Source: Allocoleopsis franciscana PCC 7113
Lineage (GTDB): Bacteria; Cyanobacteriota; Cyanobacteriia; Cyanobacteriales; Coleofasciculaceae
Assembly: GCF_000317515.1 (NCBI RefSeq)
Contig: NC_019738.1
Coordinates: forward strand, 1,873,623 to 1,937,622
DNA: 64,000 nt
Reading direction: 5' to 3'
How positions within the stretch are numbered: position 1 is the first letter of the stretch; each line of letters opens with the position of its first letter. Positions 20,268 to 30,831 of the stretch are shown one piece after another. The position numbers and the translations under genes were made by a program. The notes under the pieces were generated by a model. The model was not told the origin of the DNA, did not search any database, and saw nothing but the letters and a program-made list of their open reading frames with translations.

Positions 20268-21405
20268 TGACATGTATAACAACTCGGACACCTTATATAG
20301 CCGTTTAATTACCTGGCTACTAGAAGAGTCCGTTCCCGCTGCTTCACCCCCGGCAGAGGGTCAGGCAGACCATGCTGTCTCTCCTACGGAACCCAAAGCA
20401 GCGGATTTTGAATTGGAGCCAATAGACCCAGTTGATTTAGAAGAGTTGAACATTGCATCTTTTAACACCAACGAAGCGGATCAATACCGCGCATGGGCAA
20501 GTTCGGACCCGATCCTTGCTCGTGAGGACGATGTACCGGGCGGTTCAAGCCGCCCTTACGACTTGGGAGAAATGCCGACCGTGCAAAACCGTTTCCAGGC
20601 AATATTAAAACGCCGACTACAAGCTGAAATCGAACGTCATCCCCCCTTATTTCCGTGGGAGACGGAACTTTCTGACTATGAATCCAATACTTCTGACGCT
20701 GTAGAAGATACTTGGGTTCCTCCCGTTCGCTTGTGGATGCCTCAGTTATTTAACCTGACTCTACCAGTTACCCTACCAGAAAATGTTTTAGCACAACTCT
20801 TAGATGCCTGTTCTGAGGCTGTGTATTCCCGACGGCAGCTTGGTGCCAAACTGGTTCATGCGGTGGAAAGTTTATTCCCCGACCAATTCCAGGCACTCAA
20901 CCATTTCGCTGGAATGGTGCTGCTGTCTCCAGCCTTTGGGGGTACCAGTGTTAGAGGCTCTCGCAGCGAAAGTTCCTTTAATACAAGCGCCAACGAACAA
21001 CTGCTATCCTTGCCGAGCAGTTACGAGGCGGCGTCGAATGAACAAAAGATGACGCTGGCACTATTGGCGGCTAAAGAGATTATCAGCGCTCTAACGGTGC
21101 CGATTTCTCAGAATCTAACCCCTGTAGAGCGGCAGTGGCAGACCTCTGTGGGTGTTGTAACGGTTCAGGCCGAATATGAGATGCAAGAGGGAGTGCCGAA
21201 GCTCCGCGTCACTGCTCGCTTGCCTCGCGGTGGCACCTTGACCCTGCGGACTCCTCAGGCATCAGCCAGTGCACAGCGTATCTATCCAGGCTACGTGAGT
21301 GTGGAATCCTTTGATTTGCAAGCGAACCAGACCTATCCGTTAGAAATTCGTTTTCATGATTCGGAACAAACACCCTTAATTTTTGCCATCTGCCCGACAA
21401 TGTAA
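20260..21405 (+). CDS. patU: PatU-like (patU5/patU3-type) protein
   Basis: ATGAATAG overlap with the hetZ-like stop; acidic, Pro-rich; position matches the hetZ-patU arrangement. Confidence 0.35.
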   Translation: MNSDMYNNSDTLYSRLITWLLEESVPAASPPAEGQADHAVSPTEPKAADFELEPIDPVDLEELNIASFNTNEADQYRAWASSDPILAREDDVPGGSSRPYDLGEMPTVQNRFQAILKRRLQAEIERHPPLFPWETELSDYESNTSDAVEDTWVPPVRLWMPQLFNLTLPVTLPENVLAQLLDACSEAVYSRRQLGAKLVHAVESLFPDQFQALNHFAGMVLLSPAFGGTSVRGSRSESSFNTSANEQLLSLPSSYEAASNEQKMTLALLAAKEIISALTVPISQNLTPVERQWQTSVGVVTVQAEYEMQEGVPKLRVTARLPRGGTLTLRTPQASASAQRIYPGYVSVESFDLQANQTYPLEIRFHDSEQTPLIFAICPTM

Positions 21406-21601
21406 GTTAAAAACCCTTTAGGCTAGCATATTGGAAACCTGGTATGTGTCAGTTGTCAGTTCTCACGACTGGCGACTGACGGCTGATACCATTTGGGATT
21501 TTGGAGGCAAGGATTTTGACAAGCTGGCGATTCGGCAGCTTCAGAAATTCAAGCCAGTCTCAACCTCAATGGTATGACCACTGACCACTGACTAATTTGC
21601 T

Positions 21602-23926
21602 ATGTCTAATTTCTCTGGAATGCGGCAAGTCCGTCGTCTACCCCTTTTCGGTCAGTTGTGGCGGCGTATTGAAGCTATGCCGACTCCTGAGACAGAAAAC
21701 TCCATTAGACTGCGGGTGCTGGTGCAGGCGCTGGTGATCGTTGGGATTATTGCTACAGATCTGGCGGCAGAAACGCAGATTAGCCTGTGGGCCGTACCGC
21801 TGAGTCTGCTTGGGGCAACCTGGAGTTGGTACCGCCGTCGAGAGCGCAACATCACCGTCAAGTTCGTGCTGGCGATTGGGATGTTGCTGGCAATGGGGGT
21901 GTTTTTTGCGCGGCTGTTTGGTCAGCTCAATGATACTCGCTTGGTACTGGCAGAGTTATTAATTCAGCTACAAGTCCTGCACAGCTTTGACCTGCCTCGC
22001 CGCAAAGATTTAGGGTATTCGATGGTGATTGGGCTGATTCTGTTAGGTGTAGCGGGTACCCTGAGTCAAACTTTAGCCTTTGCCCCACTGTTGTGCCTAT
22101 TTTTAGCGATCGCACTTCCCACCCTCATCCTTGATTATCAGTCGCGCTTGGGGCTATTGCGAACCCCAAAACGCCGAACCGCCTCACCTGTGATCCCAAA
22201 TGCCTCACCCCTCTCACTTCGACAGCTGGGTGTATTTCTCCTGGCAATCCTGGGCTTGGGACTGATGATTTTTGCCCTAATGCCGCGCTTTCCAGGCTAT
22301 CAACTCCAAACATTTCCTGTGAGTGCACCGGGAAATTTTGCTGACCAGAATTTTGACGAGAATCGACAAGGTGGCATTATCAATCCCGGTTATGTGCGCG
22401 AAGGCAGCCAAGGCAATGGCGAGAGTGGGCAAGGGGGAAGCGGCGACTCTGGGGAGATGGATGATACCTTTTACTATGGCTTTAACAGCAAAATGAACCA
22501 AAACCTCCGGGGTACACTCAAGCCTAAGGTCGTATTACGGGTACGTTCTCAGGCACCGGGGTTTTGGCGGGTACTCGCCTTTGACCGTTATACAGGTCAG
22601 GGATGGGAAATCTCTCGTGACGACAAAGTGGTTAGGGTTGATCGACCGGAGTGGTCGTATCGATTTTTCCTGCCGATCCCCTTTGCCGCCGAGCGAACCG
22701 AACAGGTGGTGCAAAGTTACACTGTAGTCTCAGACTTGCCGAATCTGCTTCCCGCTCTGGCTTATCCGCAGCAACTTTACTTCCCGTCACGGGAAATTGA
22801 GGTAGACCCGGAAGGGAGTTTGAGAGCGCCTGGTAGTTTAACAGAGGGACTCACCTACACGGTGATTTCGCAAGTGCCGTATCGCGATCGCTCTCGGTTG
22901 CAACAGGCAACGAGTAACTATCCCACGTCGGTTAAAAAATACTATTTGGATGTTCCCCCCGAAATTGCTGATAAAGTCCGACAACAAACTGAAGCTCTGT
23001 TAGCCACCTCACCCAAGCCCATCACTTCCCCTTATGAGAAAGCACTGTATTTAGCTCAGGCACTTAAACAGCGCTACTCACTCCCCACAGACCCCTTTAA
23101 TTTACCCACATTCGAGGAAAAGGAAGACTTGGTGGAAGCCTTCCTGTTCAAGTACAAAGGAGGGTACCCAGACCACTTTTCTACCGTGCTGACTATGATG
23201 TTGCGCTCCATTGGCATTCCAGCGCGACTTGTCGTTGGGTTTGGTACGGGTGAGTTCAATCCTTTCACGGGTTTTTATATTGTTAAAAACACTGATGCCT
23301 ATGCGATGACCGAAGTGTATTTTCCACAACATGGCTGGTTTGCTTTTGACCCGATTCCCGGTCACGAACTGATTCCCCAAAGTGTTGAGGAGACTGAAAC
23401 ATTTGGAGTTTTACGCCAGTTTTGGCAATGGATAGCGGGTTGGTTGCCCACCCCAGTGAAGAGTTATTTGGGCGAGATTTGGAGTTGGCTAATTGGTGGG
23501 ATAGGCCGAATTATTGGTTGGGTGTGGGGGATTATCTCTAAAGGTTGGGTTGGCTTTTTCATCGGTTTAATTTTAGCGATCGCCCTTGCTTTTTTGGGTT
23601 GGTTGAGTTGGAGTCAATGGCGAACTTGGCGCTATCGTCGATGGCTAGCGGGTTTGCCTCCGATGGAAAATCTCTATCAGCAAATGCTGAAGCTTTTAAG
23701 TACTAACGGCTACACCAAGCACCCAGCACAGACACCATTAGAATATGCTAGAGGATCGCGTCAACACCATGCCCCTTCCTCTGCTGATGTGATTGATGAA
23801 ATCTCCCAAGCTTATGTGAGCTGGCGTTATGGCAACCAAACACCAAATCTTAAACACCTGCGACAGCGATTGCGTGATTTAATCAAGAGTACTCAGCAAC
23901 TGAAGATTACTAATAGGGGGAAATAA
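21602..23926 (+). CDS. Transglutaminase-like membrane protein (TgpA architecture: DUF3488 TM region, TGase-core, DUF4129), catalytically degenerate
   Basis: IGIPARLVVGF and GWFAFDP core motifs present. Expected Cys is Pro (GGYPDHFS) and expected His is Tyr (AYAMTEVY). Confidence 0.65.
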   Translation: MSNFSGMRQVRRLPLFGQLWRRIEAMPTPETENSIRLRVLVQALVIVGIIATDLAAETQISLWAVPLSLLGATWSWYRRRERNITVKFVLAIGMLLAMGVFFARLFGQLNDTRLVLAELLIQLQVLHSFDLPRRKDLGYSMVIGLILLGVAGTLSQTLAFAPLLCLFLAIALPTLILDYQSRLGLLRTPKRRTASPVIPNASPLSLRQLGVFLLAILGLGLMIFALMPRFPGYQLQTFPVSAPGNFADQNFDENRQGGIINPGYVREGSQGNGESGQGGSGDSGEMDDTFYYGFNSKMNQNLRGTLKPKVVLRVRSQAPGFWRVLAFDRYTGQGWEISRDDKVVRVDRPEWSYRFFLPIPFAAERTEQVVQSYTVVSDLPNLLPALAYPQQLYFPSREIEVDPEGSLRAPGSLTEGLTYTVISQVPYRDRSRLQQATSNYPTSVKKYYLDVPPEIADKVRQQTEALLATSPKPITSPYEKALYLAQALKQRYSLPTDPFNLPTFEEKEDLVEAFLFKYKGGYPDHFSTVLTMMLRSIGIPARLVVGFGTGEFNPFTGFYIVKNTDAYAMTEVYFPQHGWFAFDPIPGHELIPQSVEETETFGVLRQFWQWIAGWLPTPVKSYLGEIWSWLIGGIGRIIGWVWGIISKGWVGFFIGLILAIALAFLGWLSWSQWRTWRYRRWLAGLPPMENLYQQMLKLLSTNGYTKHPAQTPLEYARGSRQHHAPSSADVIDEISQAYVSWRYGNQTPNLKHLRQRLRDLIKSTQQLKITNRGK

Positions 23927-24032
23927 ACCCAAGTCAATGGGGGATGGGTGATGCAACAGCCGTAAGAACCATTATTTTTTGACCAAGATGTATTGAATAG
24001 GGAGTGGATTGCAGTATTCAATCCAGTTGAGT

Positions 24033-24404
24033 TTATGACTTAATGAGCTGATTTAATGTTACCGTTTCAGTCACACTCAACTGAAGGCAAGGAACAACAA
24101 CGCTTAGGGTCTGATTGGACTGAATTTCTAGTTGAGCTTCTGGCACGGCTTCAAACATCAGACGCTCACCCGGAAAAATGACTCGCTCCAAATGCAAACC
24201 AGGAATATTTTTAAGCCGAATAATCTCAATGTGACGGGTGATATTGGTATAAGAGCAGAGAAAGCGAGCGGAAGAATTAATATTGATAGATTTTCCTGAG
24301 GAAGTAATTGTTTGCATCAGTATTATCAATGGGAGTGAAGAAAAGCCTGAGAGCCTGACCCGAAAAGTAGCTAGCCGTTCCGGTGTAAAGAGGTCAAGCA
24401 CCAT
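24033..24404 (-). CDS. DUF1830-like cyanobacterial hypothetical protein
   Basis: 123-aa ORF; weak recollection of the DUF1830 family. Confidence 0.4.
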   Translation of the reverse strand: MVLDLFTPERLATFRVRLSGFSSLPLIILMQTITSSGKSININSSARFLCSYTNITRHIEIIRLKNIPGLHLERVIFPGERLMFEAVPEAQLEIQSNQTLSVVVPCLQLSVTETVTLNQLIKS

Positions 24405-25346
24405 TTCTTTTGGCTATCGCCACCTTTGCAGAACTCCCAGGTAATTGCTCTTGCGAATTGCAGCTAATCTGAAGCATATCGATTATGAGCGCCGCGTGAC
24501 TTCTGCCTAAGGAACAAGGTTCTTGTTAAGTTTTTATGTATCGGAGTACACACAAACCCGAATACAGTTTGAGATATTAACCATGACTTTTGATCTAACC
24601 ATACTTATTTTTAAAAAACGATATTTCCTGATTAAAAGCTATAGCCTGAGAAGGTTGATATAACTATAAATTTGTAGGTGATAAAAAGAAAGCGAAATCG
24701 ATGATTCCTGAAACTCCAGGCATTTTCTTAATCAATCGTTGTAATGGTAATTTAGCTGATAACCTCTGTAAAATCCTAAAATTTGGCTTATTTTTCCTTA
24801 ATCAAAGTGGCATTATAGGCAGCAGAGCGTGTACACTAAGACATGTCTTACGCTGTGCAGCTACCAACACATTACCTGTAAAGTTCAAAAGTGAATTTGA
24901 ACTTGCTCTGTAAGGTTCATGCGTAAGCCCTCTAGGTACTCAAAAAAAGAGCAAGCATCTGCGCTTTTAGGAACAGGGTGTCAGCCGATGAGGCTGCGGC
25001 AGTAAGATTCGCCTCTGACCCGGCATGGGAGAGATCATCGTCTCTAAGGGGGTGTAATCGAGGGTGTTCGGGGGAAATTTTAGCCGTTAGTGCCAATCCT
25101 CTAGGTCATCCCATGGAACTTAACAACAAAACACAAGCGCGTCCTGTGTTTTGAGGGTTGTTTTATATCAACACCCTGATTAGGTGCAAATCATCCCATG
25201 AGCCAACTTCCCTAGCCGTTAATTGAAGCTTTTGTGAAGCGTGAAACTTTTGGCAACAGGCTTGGAAGTAAATCCGGCATGATCTGAATCTGTCTAAAAA
25301 AAAATTACCTCGGTTCTAAACACAGTGGTGAGGTACGGGACTAAGA

Positions 25347-28300
25347 GTGTTTATGTTGAACTGCGTTGAAACTCTGTTATCTGACGGAGTACTGATGATC
25401 CAACAGCCTTGGGTTTTCTGGACACCAAAGCTGAGTTGGCTCCAGATTTCTTCTCATTCATTAATTGTCTTATTTTACTACTCGATTTCCATCCTAGTAT
25501 TCTACTTTTTGTTCCAGCGCAAGGCTCTGTTTTATGCCGGAAGTTGGATGCTGTTTGGGACTTTTACCCTGACGAGCGGCACCGTTGAATTAATGAATGG
25601 ATGGACAGTAGGGTACCTTCATCCTTGGCTAGCATCGCTAAGCGAAGCCATCGCCGTAGCCATGCTATTGTCCACCGTACTCCTCGTGGCGCTGTTACTC
25701 TCCAAAGTCCTAGCAAAGCCTGACTCTGCTCACCCCCAAGCCTCGCTACAAAATCAACTTGACGTGAATACTACTCACGCCGCCGCTTCAGAGACTCCAG
25801 CCGTAGCCGTAACAGAAGAGTCAGCACTTGTGGCAGAAAATAGTATGTTGCAACAAAATCAAACTCAACCCCTGAACATTGATTGGGAACAACAAATCAA
25901 CGAGCAGATCGCACAGTTGCAGCGAAACCATCCCCAATTAAACGGTGACATTCCTGGGCGAGTCCGTTGGTTAGAAGAACTCGGTCTGTTACAGTCACTC
26001 AGTACCCTGATCAGCGACGCTCCCGATTTTCATTCAGCACTGTGTATGGCGCTGCGCTTAGTGTGTGAAGTCACAAACTGGGACTATGGCGAAGCGTGGC
26101 TCCCTCGCCCCGACGACCGTGTTTTAGAATGTACTCCGGCTTGGTATAGCAAAACCCCAACACTAGAACCGTTCAGATTCTCCAGCCAAAAGCTGACGTT
26201 GCCCCCCAATATGGGTTTGCCAGGACGAGTATGGACTTCACGGCGACCTCTTTGGATTGAAGATATTTCGGCCTTAACCGATACGTCGATGGTTCGCCCC
26301 CAGGCTCAAGTGGCGGGACTGAAGGCGGGGTTTGGAGTCCCCATCCTGATGGGCGATCGCGTCTTGGCGGTTCTCACCTTTTTCATCACCCAATCTCGTG
26401 CGGAAGATGACCAATTGGTGGAACTGGTGTCGGCTGTAGCAACCCAATTAGGGTTAGTGATGCAGCGCAAGCAGTTAGAAGAAGAACTGCGCCAAGAACG
26501 AGACTTTAGCAAAACCCTGATTGAAACCAGTTCTGCCTTTTTTGTAGCGGTGGATGCTCAAGGCAGAATACTCATGATGAATCAAGCCTTCCTCAATGCC
26601 GTGGGTTATACCTTGGTTGAGGTTTTGGGGGCTGATTATTTATTGACGTTTGCACGCCAGTGCGATCGCAAGTTGCTCTACAAAAACTTTAAGCAACTGG
26701 TGAAATCGAGGCAACCCATCCTGAAAGAAAACTACGTCCTCACCAAGGATGGACGAGAGCTTTTAGTGGAGTGGCGGGGGAAATCCATCTTCAGGCATTC
26801 CCCGGCAGAGGCAGGGAACGAGGAGGAACTGGATTTATTGTTTGGTGTCGGCATTGATATCACCGAACGCAAGCAATTAGAGCAGGAACTCCGCCACAGT
26901 GAGGAGCGATATCGTGCGGTTGTGGAAGACCAAACCGATCTCATCTGTCGATTTATCGCGGATGGCACCATTACCTTCGTCAACGACGCCTATTGCCGTT
27001 ATTTTGGCAAAACCCGCGAGGAACTCCTCGGCAGCAATTTGTTGCAAATGATTCCCGGTTCGTATCGGCAAAAGACCCAAAAGCACATCGCCAGCCTGAG
27101 TTTGAAAAACCCAGTCGCCACCAGAGAATACCAAATTCTCATGCCTGACGGCGAAACTCACTGCCTACAGTGGACAGATCGGGTGATTGTTGACCCAGAA
27201 GCCAAAAAACGCGGAGAATTGCACTTATCCGGTTCATCCCAGTGTTCCTCAACACCGGGATATGACCCCATCGTTGAGTTTCAATCCGTGGGACGGGATG
27301 TGACAGAACGCCGCCGCTCAGAACACGAAACCGCACGGCTGGCATCAATCGCACTCCTCAGCCCTAACCCCATTGTGGAAACGGATTTAGCCGGTAACGT
27401 TCGTTATCTGAATCCAGAAGCCATGCGATTGTTACCCGATTTACAAGAAATGGGTGCAGAACATCCGTTTCTCACCGGAGTCCCCTCAATGACTACGGTA
27501 CTGCAACGCAAAGGTTCCATGCGGCGGGAACTCAAAATCGGTGAGATTTATTATGAACAAGTCCTGCATTATTTAGAAGAAATTGAGTGCTTTCGCATCT
27601 ATGCCTTTGATATTAGCGATCGCAAACAGGCCGAACAACAATTAATTCATAATGCCTTTTACGACCAACTCACAGGGCTACCAAACCGGGCTTTATTTAT
27701 GGATCGCTTGAAGCAAGCGATGCGACGTGCCAGACAGAGTCGTAGGAGTGACTCACGCGGCGTGCCTTATTTGTTTGCTGTCCTGTTTCTCAACCTGAAT
27801 CGCTTTAAGTTAGTCAACGACAGCTTAGGAAACGAGGTGGGGGATCAGGTGCTCCAGGAATTTGCCCAGCGTCTCCAGATGTGCCTGCGGGCTACAGATA
27901 CTGTAGCCCGCCTCGGAGCAGATGAGTTTACGATTCTTTTGGAAGGGATTCAGGATGTCAATGACGCTACACGGGTGGCAGAGTTGATTCATGAAACGCT
28001 GAGTACACCCTTTGAGCTTAATGATTGCTCTAACCAAAACTCCTCCGAGGACACCGCCAGTGGCAATCGCGAAGTGTTCATGACACTCAGCATGGGAATT
28101 GCTCTTAATACGAATCATGACGAGCAACCGGAAGACCTGCTCCGCAATGCTAACCTGGCGATGTATCGGGCGCGATCGCCTGTAGCACTGCGCGGAACGC
28201 AATCGCAAGGCAAAGCTCACTATGAAGTCTTTGACGCTGCCATGCACGAGATTGCTGTCGAGCGATTGCAGATTGAAACTGACTTGCGGCGAGCGATTGA

Positions 28301-29066
28301 ACGGGAAGAATTTCGAGTTTACTATCAACCCATTGTGTCTCTCTCCACCGGCAGCATTATTGGATTTGAAGCTTTGTTACGCTGGCAGCATCCACAACGC
28401 GGCTTAATTTCTCCCAATGGATTCATCTCCACCGCCGAAGAAACGGGACTGATTAGCCCTATTGGTTGGTGGACGTTGCGGGAAGCTTGTCATCAACTCA
28501 AACAGTGGCAGGAGCAATTTCCGTCTGCCAAGCCATTAACAATGAACGTCAATCTTTCTTGCAAGCAGTTTACTCAATCGGATTTACTCGAACAAATTGA
28601 CACCATACTTCAGGAGGCTCAACCCGCCGTCGGTAGTTTAAAGCTGGAGATTACAGAAAGTGTGGTTATGGAAAATCCGGATTGGGTGAAAGATGTCTTA
28701 CTCGAACTCAAAAAAAGGATGATTCCGCTGTGCATTGATGACTTTGGTACAGGCTATTCTTCCTTAAGTCGGTTACATCATTTTCCAATTAGTACCCTAA
28801 AAATTGACCGTTCATTTATTAGCCGGATTGGGGCATTAGGAGAAAATTCAGAAATTGTCCAAGCGATCGTAACGTTGGCTCAAACTCTGAGTATGGATGT
28901 TGTAGCAGAGGGAATTGAGGTTTCAGAACAGGTGTCACCTCTGCTGGCATTGCAATGTGAATATGGGCAGGGATATTTCTTCTCTAAACCGGTGGATAGT
29001 GAGGCGGCGAGAGCACTTTTGATGGCGGAATGGGAGCAACGGAAGGAAGAAGTGGGTAATGGGTAA
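25347..29066 (+). CDS. Membrane sensor with GAF, PAS/PAC, GGDEF (degenerate GADEF) and EAL domains
   Basis: N-terminal TM helices, GAF, two or more PAS domains, RATD I-site + RLGADEF, then EALLRW...DDFGTGYSSL EAL motifs. Confidence 0.85.
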   Translation: MFMLNCVETLLSDGVLMIQQPWVFWTPKLSWLQISSHSLIVLFYYSISILVFYFLFQRKALFYAGSWMLFGTFTLTSGTVELMNGWTVGYLHPWLASLSEAIAVAMLLSTVLLVALLLSKVLAKPDSAHPQASLQNQLDVNTTHAAASETPAVAVTEESALVAENSMLQQNQTQPLNIDWEQQINEQIAQLQRNHPQLNGDIPGRVRWLEELGLLQSLSTLISDAPDFHSALCMALRLVCEVTNWDYGEAWLPRPDDRVLECTPAWYSKTPTLEPFRFSSQKLTLPPNMGLPGRVWTSRRPLWIEDISALTDTSMVRPQAQVAGLKAGFGVPILMGDRVLAVLTFFITQSRAEDDQLVELVSAVATQLGLVMQRKQLEEELRQERDFSKTLIETSSAFFVAVDAQGRILMMNQAFLNAVGYTLVEVLGADYLLTFARQCDRKLLYKNFKQLVKSRQPILKENYVLTKDGRELLVEWRGKSIFRHSPAEAGNEEELDLLFGVGIDITERKQLEQELRHSEERYRAVVEDQTDLICRFIADGTITFVNDAYCRYFGKTREELLGSNLLQMIPGSYRQKTQKHIASLSLKNPVATREYQILMPDGETHCLQWTDRVIVDPEAKKRGELHLSGSSQCSSTPGYDPIVEFQSVGRDVTERRRSEHETARLASIALLSPNPIVETDLAGNVRYLNPEAMRLLPDLQEMGAEHPFLTGVPSMTTVLQRKGSMRRELKIGEIYYEQVLHYLEEIECFRIYAFDISDRKQAEQQLIHNAFYDQLTGLPNRALFMDRLKQAMRRARQSRRSDSRGVPYLFAVLFLNLNRFKLVNDSLGNEVGDQVLQEFAQRLQMCLRATDTVARLGADEFTILLEGIQDVNDATRVAELIHETLSTPFELNDCSNQNSSEDTASGNREVFMTLSMGIALNTNHDEQPEDLLRNANLAMYRARSPVALRGTQSQGKAHYEVFDAAMHEIAVERLQIETDLRRAIEREEFRVYYQPIVSLSTGSIIGFEALLRWQHPQRGLISPNGFISTAEETGLISPIGWWTLREACHQLKQWQEQFPSAKPLTMNVNLSCKQFTQSDLLEQIDTILQEAQPAVGSLKLEITESVVMENPDWVKDVLLELKKRMIPLCIDDFGTGYSSLSRLHHFPISTLKIDRSFISRIGALGENSEIVQAIVTLAQTLSMDVVAEGIEVSEQVSPLLALQCEYGQGYFFSKPVDSEAARALLMAEWEQRKEEVGNG

Positions 29067-29093
29067 TGGGTCATGGTATCGCAGTATTACCTA

Positions 29094-29750
29094 TTATTTT
29101 TTCTTCATTGCTAAAGGTAATACAGAAAGAAGAGCCAAAAAACTTAGCGCGATGAAAAAAGGGAGGCGATCGCCTCCCCGCAAAGCCTCTTTCCCAGCTA
29201 CTCCCAGCCATGCATAAGCCAAGGTTCCAGGGATAATGCCCAAGAACGTACCAACGGCATAATAAACCCAAGGGATAGAGGTCAGACCAAATAGGAAATT
29301 GACGACATTAAATGGAGAAATGGGAGCAAAGCGCACTGATAAGACAAAAGCCAAAGGTTTGTCAATTACCGCTTGATTGAACCGTACCAATGCCTTGTGA
29401 TGTCCAAAGCGGCGAACCGCCCAATTCCGCAGCAAGTAACGCGCCACCCCAAAGGCTCCAATCGCTCCCAGCGTGGCACCTACTACCGACAAAAAAGTCC
29501 CCCAGACTAAACCAAAAACGACGCTACCAGCAATGGTGAGAACCGTCCCCGGAACTCCTAAAACTGTGGCTAGAGTGTAAATGAGTACGAATAAATAGAC
29601 AGCCCAGTTACCGCATCGGTGCAACTGCTGCACGAGGAATTGCTGATTAAACAAGCCTTTTAAAGGCGTGAAGCAACACAACAGGCACAGTACCAAAAAG
29701 GCGATCGCTAGCCACAATCGAGGAGTTTTCAGCCGTCTGCTCAGAGTCAT
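29094..29750 (-). CDS. TVP38/TMEM64 (DedA-related) membrane protein
   Basis: 218 aa, polytopic; G..G..L.Y motif-like region; last gene of the ars-linked operon. Confidence 0.65.
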   Translation of the reverse strand: MTLSRRLKTPRLWLAIAFLVLCLLCCFTPLKGLFNQQFLVQQLHRCGNWAVYLFVLIYTLATVLGVPGTVLTIAGSVVFGLVWGTFLSVVGATLGAIGAFGVARYLLRNWAVRRFGHHKALVRFNQAVIDKPLAFVLSVRFAPISPFNVVNFLFGLTSIPWVYYAVGTFLGIIPGTLAYAWLGVAGKEALRGGDRLPFFIALSFLALLSVLPLAMKKK

Positions 29751-29787
29751 CGGTATTTAAATCTTATATCCACTTTCCAGTTTGGAT

Positions 29788-30783
29788 CTAAACCAAAGCA
29801 CCCCCACAACTCGAACCACAACCCGCTGTGCAACCATAGCAATAGGAAGCCGTGCGAATCTGATCAATTAAGTCTAAACTACCCGCTTCTAAGAGCTTCC
29901 CCACCGTCAATGTTTCCCCAGTGCGAGACTTCGCTCCTAGATTTTCCATTTGGTTAAAGTCGCAATCGTAGACATTGCCCAGATAATCAATCGAGAGTTC
30001 ATCACGACACATCAAATGTTCTATTGTACTTGCATTGTAATTGTCCTCTAGAAACCTGAGATAAGGAGAATATAACTTGGTTCGTTGCAAATGAAACTTA
30101 CTTCTACCCACAGGTAGATTTGTAATTGTAAATAGCTGGTTAAATTGAATATCAAAATGTTCTTTCAAGAACTTTTTGTAATCCTGTTCTAACTTAACCT
30201 GATTGGGAGTTAAAGAAAATTTATCACTCAATGGGAGTGGCGGATTATACACCAAATCAATAATTAAATTGGGGTCTTTCCCATAGCCTAACTGATTGAG
30301 CCATTGAATAGCACGAATAGAATCATTATAGACACCATTCCCTCGCATTTTATCCACATTGTCTTCTAAATAGCAAGGCAATGATGCCACTACTTTTAAT
30401 TGATTTTCGGCAAAATATTCAGGAAGATAGTCGAATCCGGGTTCAAAATAAATCGTCAAATTGGAGCGGACAATGACTTCCTTGCCCGTTTCCCGTGCTG
30501 CCTCAACAATTGGTTTAAATCCATAGTTCATCTCCGGTGCGCCACCCGTCAGGTCAACTATCTTAATTTGAGGAAAGCGATGAATCAGGTCAATGATTTG
30601 ATGGCAAATTTCCGGTGAAAGTTCTTCGGTGCGTTTGGGGCCAGCGTCTACGTGGCAGTGAGTACAAGCCAAATTACAACGCTTGCCTAAATTAATCTGT
30701 AAAACAGTAATTCTGTTTTTAGTTAAGGGTGAATTCAGTTTGGTTCTAAATGGCGTTACTGCTGGCGCTTCTATCTGAGTCAT
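29788..30783 (-). CDS. arsS: Radical SAM / Cys-rich domain protein, ArsS-like (arsenosugar-type)
   Basis: CNLACTHCHVDAGP radical-SAM cluster motif; C-terminal CYGCTAGCGSSCGG Cys-rich tail characteristic of the ArsS family. Confidence 0.6.
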   Translation of the reverse strand: MTQIEAPAVTPFRTKLNSPLTKNRITVLQINLGKRCNLACTHCHVDAGPKRTEELSPEICHQIIDLIHRFPQIKIVDLTGGAPEMNYGFKPIVEAARETGKEVIVRSNLTIYFEPGFDYLPEYFAENQLKVVASLPCYLEDNVDKMRGNGVYNDSIRAIQWLNQLGYGKDPNLIIDLVYNPPLPLSDKFSLTPNQVKLEQDYKKFLKEHFDIQFNQLFTITNLPVGRSKFHLQRTKLYSPYLRFLEDNYNASTIEHLMCRDELSIDYLGNVYDCDFNQMENLGAKSRTGETLTVGKLLEAGSLDLIDQIRTASYCYGCTAGCGSSCGGALV

Positions 30784-30831
30784 TTCTTAATACCTAACCA
30801 GTAAATTTTTGACTTTTGACTTTTGACTTTG

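Noticed and set aside
29048-29070. AATGGGTAATGGGT motif at a gene end, also at 46358-46378
   Set aside because: Only two copies and 14 nt long. One is partly coding (…VGNG stop). Likely coincidence or a very small dispersed repeat, insufficient to call.
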